Shown one piece after another: positions 28,574 through 31,896 of a DNA stretch of 31,896 nt. The position numbers and the translations under genes are program-made. The notes beneath the pieces were generated by a model. That model had not been told where the DNA came from. It searched no databases and saw nothing but the letters and a program-made list of their open reading frames with translations. Where the stretch lies: IMG/VR virus record IMGVR_UViG_3300032233_001676, positions 1-31,896 of that record. One strand, given 5' to 3'. The DNA comes from a virus. Lineage: Duplodnaviria > Caudoviricetes. Within the stretch, counting starts at the first letter, position 1, and every line of letters begins with the position of its first letter.

Positions 28574-29430
28574 TTCCAGCATTTTCACATGACGTAAACA
28601 ATAGTTTTTTTCTTTGGTTTGACAACGCTTTAATGAGAAAAGGTCAAGCTTTCAAAACATACACAACTAAATTATATAATTATACTGATAACAGATTAGT
28701 TGGTAAAGTTATATATGGTAGCCCTTATAAACAATGGGCTTATGATAAAAGCATCGCAGGAATTACAATACCTAGCGGAGTAACTGTAGATAATACATTT
28801 ATTGCAACTGGAACTAGCGGCATGATAATTGATTTTGATAATGGTAGAATTATTTTCAATAGTGGAGTTTCAAGTTCTTTAACTGTATCCGGCACATATT
28901 CAGTAAAAGAAATAAATAGTTATATAACCGATCAACCAGAAGATGATTTAATAGTCGAAGGAAAATATATTCAAAATAGCCGATTCACCGTTACAGAAAC
29001 ATACGTTCCTCCATACAATCCAGTAACACCTTCAGCGTTTATTTCTATGGAAAAAATAGATAATAATCCTTTCGCTTTAGGAGGAGAAGACGAAACAAGA
29101 ATACTCATTAAAGCGGTTGTTTTTTGTGAAAATTTATATCAGCTTGATGGAACTCTAAGCGTTTTCGCAGATACTTTCAATACGAATTTTAACATCATAC
29201 CAATGGTTCAACATCCTCTTGCTGAATTTAATAATTTAAAAACAGGATTGTATCCTACAGGATACGATTATATAAATACAAATAAAAATTCCATAAACAA
29301 TGGAAAATGCTATATATATGATGTCACCACATCAAAAATAAAAGACAACGTAATCAGAGAACTTAATCCTACATTGCACATCGGATTCGTAGATTTCGAA
29401 ATCGGTGTAATAAGATACCCAAGATTATAA
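28570..29430 (+). CDS. Putative tail terminator-like structural protein
   Basis: P..FIS...PFALGG...IKAVVF pattern with terminal beta strand (GFVDFEI); directly upstream of the major tail protein. Confidence 0.45.
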   Translation: MIPAFSHDVNNSFFLWFDNALMRKGQAFKTYTTKLYNYTDNRLVGKVIYGSPYKQWAYDKSIAGITIPSGVTVDNTFIATGTSGMIIDFDNGRIIFNSGVSSSLTVSGTYSVKEINSYITDQPEDDLIVEGKYIQNSRFTVTETYVPPYNPVTPSAFISMEKIDNNPFALGGEDETRILIKAVVFCENLYQLDGTLSVFADTFNTNFNIIPMVQHPLAEFNNLKTGLYPTGYDYINTNKNSINNGKCYIYDVTTSKIKDNVIRELNPTLHIGFVDFEIGVIRYPRL

Positions 29431-29491
29431 AAATTTCACAATATATATCATACACTGTAAAACTAATTAACATTTTAACAAATAAAAAAAT

Positions 29492-30781
29492 ATGGCAAGA
29501 AATCGCGTAATTTATCAAAGTCAAGCTTTATTTATAGCTCCAAATAGCACTGGCATTCAAGTTAGCGGCAGTGGGATGGCTAGTCCTCAATCAGCAGATT
29601 ATACCACCGGCCAATTAGCCAGTGGTACAAGTTTGTTGTATAAACTAGATAGAGTGCAAAATTGTAATTTCAACTTTACAATTAATCGTCAAGATATTAA
29701 TGAACTAGGTCAACTAGCTCGTATCGATAGCATTGTAAATGATAGCCCAACAGTTGGTTTGGATTTTAGTTATTATGTAACTGATGGTTTGAATGAAAGA
29801 TTGATGGGATTTAATTTTTCTGGAAAGAGCTTAACAGCAGATAGCGCATGTGTAGACGCAAGCGCTATTTCTGGTTTGATGGTAGATACTCAAGGGAATA
29901 ATTATTATATTGTAACTGTTGATGAAGGTGAAGACGTTGTAAACGCAAATCTTTCAGTAACAAGTAACTCTATTGTTGGTGTTGGTAACGGATTCATCAC
30001 AGAATACAGTTTAGATGCTTCTGTAGGATCAATTCCTACCGCAAGTATAACGGTTGAAGGATTTAATATTAAGAGCGATGTTGATAAAAAAGCCGATTTA
30101 GATAATGGAACGTTCGTATTAACGGGCAGTTCTCCAGCTATCGATTATTCTCAAAGTCCAGCCACTCGTTTGACTGGTACGAATAGACGCTATGCAATAA
30201 ATACAGGCAATTTGACTACTGGCGTCAGCAGTGTTGCAGCATTACGCCCAGGTGATATTGTTCTAACAATGCCTGTAAATAATGGATTTACAGAACTAGA
30301 TAACGCTTCAAATAAAGCTCACGTTCAAAGCTTTGCTTTTACAATTCCTCTTACTAGAACAGTACTACAAAGACTCGGCAACGTATTCGGTTTCGCTCGC
30401 GTATTAGAAGTTCCATTAAATATGGATGTAACTATTAGCGCTATTGTTAATGAACTACAAGAAGCTGATATCTTTGATGAGCTTTGTGGATCTGCTAATA
30501 AAAAGAATTTTACTGTAACATTGAATCAATGCGCTGATGTTGGAGGAACAATCACTCCAAAATTAGTTTATAATATTAGAGGTGCTATTTTGAACTCAGA
30601 AAGTTTTTCAACAGATATCGGTGGAAATCAAACAGTTGATTTAACTTACAATGTTCAAATTGGCGGCGCTAACGACACTGGTAATGGTGTTTTTATGAGC
30701 GGTTCTTATACAACTGGAAATGCAATGACATTATTAATGCTAACTGGTTTTTATAAACTTGGAACTGGAAAGAATTATTAA
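29492..30781 (+). CDS. Major tail (tube) protein with two tandem tube folds
   Basis: MARNRVIYQS start; VQNCNFNFTINRQDINELG and VQSFAFTIPLTRTVLQRLG internal repeats; followed by a strong terminator. Confidence 0.75.
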   Translation: MARNRVIYQSQALFIAPNSTGIQVSGSGMASPQSADYTTGQLASGTSLLYKLDRVQNCNFNFTINRQDINELGQLARIDSIVNDSPTVGLDFSYYVTDGLNERLMGFNFSGKSLTADSACVDASAISGLMVDTQGNNYYIVTVDEGEDVVNANLSVTSNSIVGVGNGFITEYSLDASVGSIPTASITVEGFNIKSDVDKKADLDNGTFVLTGSSPAIDYSQSPATRLTGTNRRYAINTGNLTTGVSSVAALRPGDIVLTMPVNNGFTELDNASNKAHVQSFAFTIPLTRTVLQRLGNVFGFARVLEVPLNMDVTISAIVNELQEADIFDELCGSANKKNFTVTLNQCADVGGTITPKLVYNIRGAILNSESFSTDIGGNQTVDLTYNVQIGGANDTGNGVFMSGSYTTGNAMTLLMLTGFYKLGTGKNY

Positions 30782-30794
30782 AAAATAAAACAAC

Positions 30795-30831
30795 AAAAAA
30801 CCCCAGTCGAAAGACTGGGGTTCTTTTTTTT
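30795..30831. terminator. Bidirectional rho-independent terminator
   Basis: Perfect 10-bp stem AACCCCAGTC-GAAA-GACTGGGGTT (30799-30822), A-tract before and T-tract after, between convergent genes. Confidence 0.92.
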
Positions 30832-30833
30832 AC

Positions 30834-31346
30834 TTATGGATGACCATATCCATACGGATAATAAAAATATCCAGATCCTGTAAATATCGGCGAACCATCT
30901 TCACCAGCTACTTGCACAGGCGCAGCTTGATAAATGTTATAACTAGATACTAATCTTTCCATTTCTTCTCTAGCGTCATTAGCCAATCCACGATATGTTT
31001 TTGCAAGTTCATTTTTATTTGTGCGCGTAATCATTGTGTCGCCTTCACGCAAAGTTACGAAATCTACAGAGCTATCTACTCCGCGCAAAACTTGACGAGT
31101 CTTTTTTGTATAAAACTCATACAAGTACATTTGCTTATATATTGATCTTTCTTCTTGTTGAAAAGTTCCAGTTGGAACGAAGTAAGATCCTTCTACAGAA
31201 AATTGACTATATATCTTTGTGTTCAACATACCAACATTGTTAGCAAGCCAACCTGAAATAAAATAAAATTGAGCATAACCACTATCATAATCAAATTCAT
31301 TTCCAAATATTTCATCGGCTAAATCATGAACGCTATAAGCTACCAT
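30834..31346 (-). CDS. Putative head-tail adaptor/connector protein
   Basis: 170 aa, helical with a short TLREGDTMITR hairpin followed by a helix (Y..LA...), as in gp15/gp6-like adaptors; inferred from pattern and context. Confidence 0.45.
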   Translation of the reverse strand: MVAYSVHDLADEIFGNEFDYDSGYAQFYFISGWLANNVGMLNTKIYSQFSVEGSYFVPTGTFQQEERSIYKQMYLYEFYTKKTRQVLRGVDSSVDFVTLREGDTMITRTNKNELAKTYRGLANDAREEMERLVSSYNIYQAAPVQVAGEDGSPIFTGSGYFYYPYGYGHP

Positions 31347-31355
31347 ATATATATC

Positions 31356-31361
31356 TTACAC
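31356..31361 (-). promoter_or_regulatory. GTGTAA motif 9 nt before the start at 31346 (also the last codon and stop of the kinase)
   Basis: aaaGTGTAAgatatatatATG. Confidence 0.5.
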
Positions 31362-31811
31362 TTTTTTATTTAACTTACGAACTAATTCGTTGTATATCAT
31401 TTTAGAATAATAACTGCTATTCTTACTTTGAACTTCGATATCAAACTTTTTCGGCGGCTCAAATACTTTATTAGTATCTTCATGTGTTGATTCGTTAATA
31501 GTATTCATAAATATTAAAAAATCAGGATCAAATTGATTTCTGGTTTTTTGAAATGGACACACAAAGTCGCAAATGACTATTTCATTATACTGACCGTACA
31601 TGTCGGCCAAATCTTTCATTCTTTTACCTTGGCGTTCACGACCAGCTTCACTGAAGTCCCAATCGTTGAATTGTTCACGAACTTTATCTGCATTTAACCA
31701 ATGACATTTATAATGATGGCTTAAAAGATAAGACAAATCTGCCGCTAATGTGGTTTTACCAGATCCCGGCAAACCCATAATTAATACCTTTAAAAACGAA
31801 CCAATTGGCAT
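31356..31811 (-). CDS. cysC: Adenylyl-sulfate (APS) kinase-like P-loop protein
   Basis: GLPGSGKTT Walker A, LNADKVR...DWDFSEAGRERQ, DFVCP...R, FEPP; shorter than cellular CysC. Confidence 0.8.
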   Translation of the reverse strand: MPIGSFLKVLIMGLPGSGKTTLAADLSYLLSHHYKCHWLNADKVREQFNDWDFSEAGRERQGKRMKDLADMYGQYNEIVICDFVCPFQKTRNQFDPDFLIFMNTINESTHEDTNKVFEPPKKFDIEVQSKNSSYYSKMIYNELVRKLNKKV

Positions 31812-31821
31812 ATTATATGGT

Positions 31822-31896
31822 ATGGTTGAAAAGATATTTTTTCAATGTTCACTACCTCGGGCAGGTTCGACACTTTTACAAAATGTGCTGGCGCAA
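31822..31896 (+). CDS. Sulfotransferase family protein, N-terminal 25 aa only (truncated by the window; absent from the ORF track)
   Basis: MVEKIFFQCSLPRAGSTLLQNVLAQ contains a PR(S/A)GST-LL PAPS-binding loop; adjacent to the APS kinase. Confidence 0.75.
   Translation, partial: MVEKIFFQCSLPRAGSTLLQNVLAQ

Noticed and set aside
27303-31243. ORFs 27303..27542, 27507..27716 and 31034..31243
   Set aside because: Antisense overlaps of better-supported genes.
1-31896. Alternative genetic code, diversity-generating retroelement, invertase shufflon, tRNA or contractile sheath
   Set aside because: Genes are intact in code 11 with TAA, TAG and TGA all used as stops. No reverse transcriptase, TR/VR pair, recombinase, tRNA-like sequence or sheath/baseplate-wedge genes were recognised by eye.

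Overview
AT-rich, almost fully coding 32-kb segment of a large siphovirus-like (non-contractile tail) phage genome, covering the neck/tail morphogenesis region. All family assignments come from motifs and gene context read by eye; no searches were run. Minus strand, in transcription order: two paralogous tail-assembly-chaperone-like genes, a 2,814-aa tape measure protein (TMP), two tail-tube-fold proteins, a fibre-like protein, a tandem gpM/Dit protein, a LamG-like protein, lambda-like tip genes L, K (JAB only), I and J, and a >945-aa fibre missing from the ORF track (Gly-Ser/Thr-Ser triplets plus a C1q-like domain) that runs off the left end. A four-gene neck/major-tail block sits inverted on the plus strand and ends at a bidirectional terminator. 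At the right end are a head-tail adaptor-like gene, an APS kinase-like gene and the start of a sulfotransferase. The most striking observation is in the TMP: seven G-[FYH]-[IV]-P-[NA]-F motifs delimit about 200-280-aa globular inserts (two PD-(D/E)XK nuclease-like, one possibly ADP-ribosyltransferase-like) plus an empty slot. This suggests a modular, swappable effector cassette delivered with the ejected TMP. Also notable are tandem-duplicated tube and Dit folds, G/GT-like chaperones made by duplication instead of frameshift, and a GTGTAA motif 8-11 nt before four start codons.
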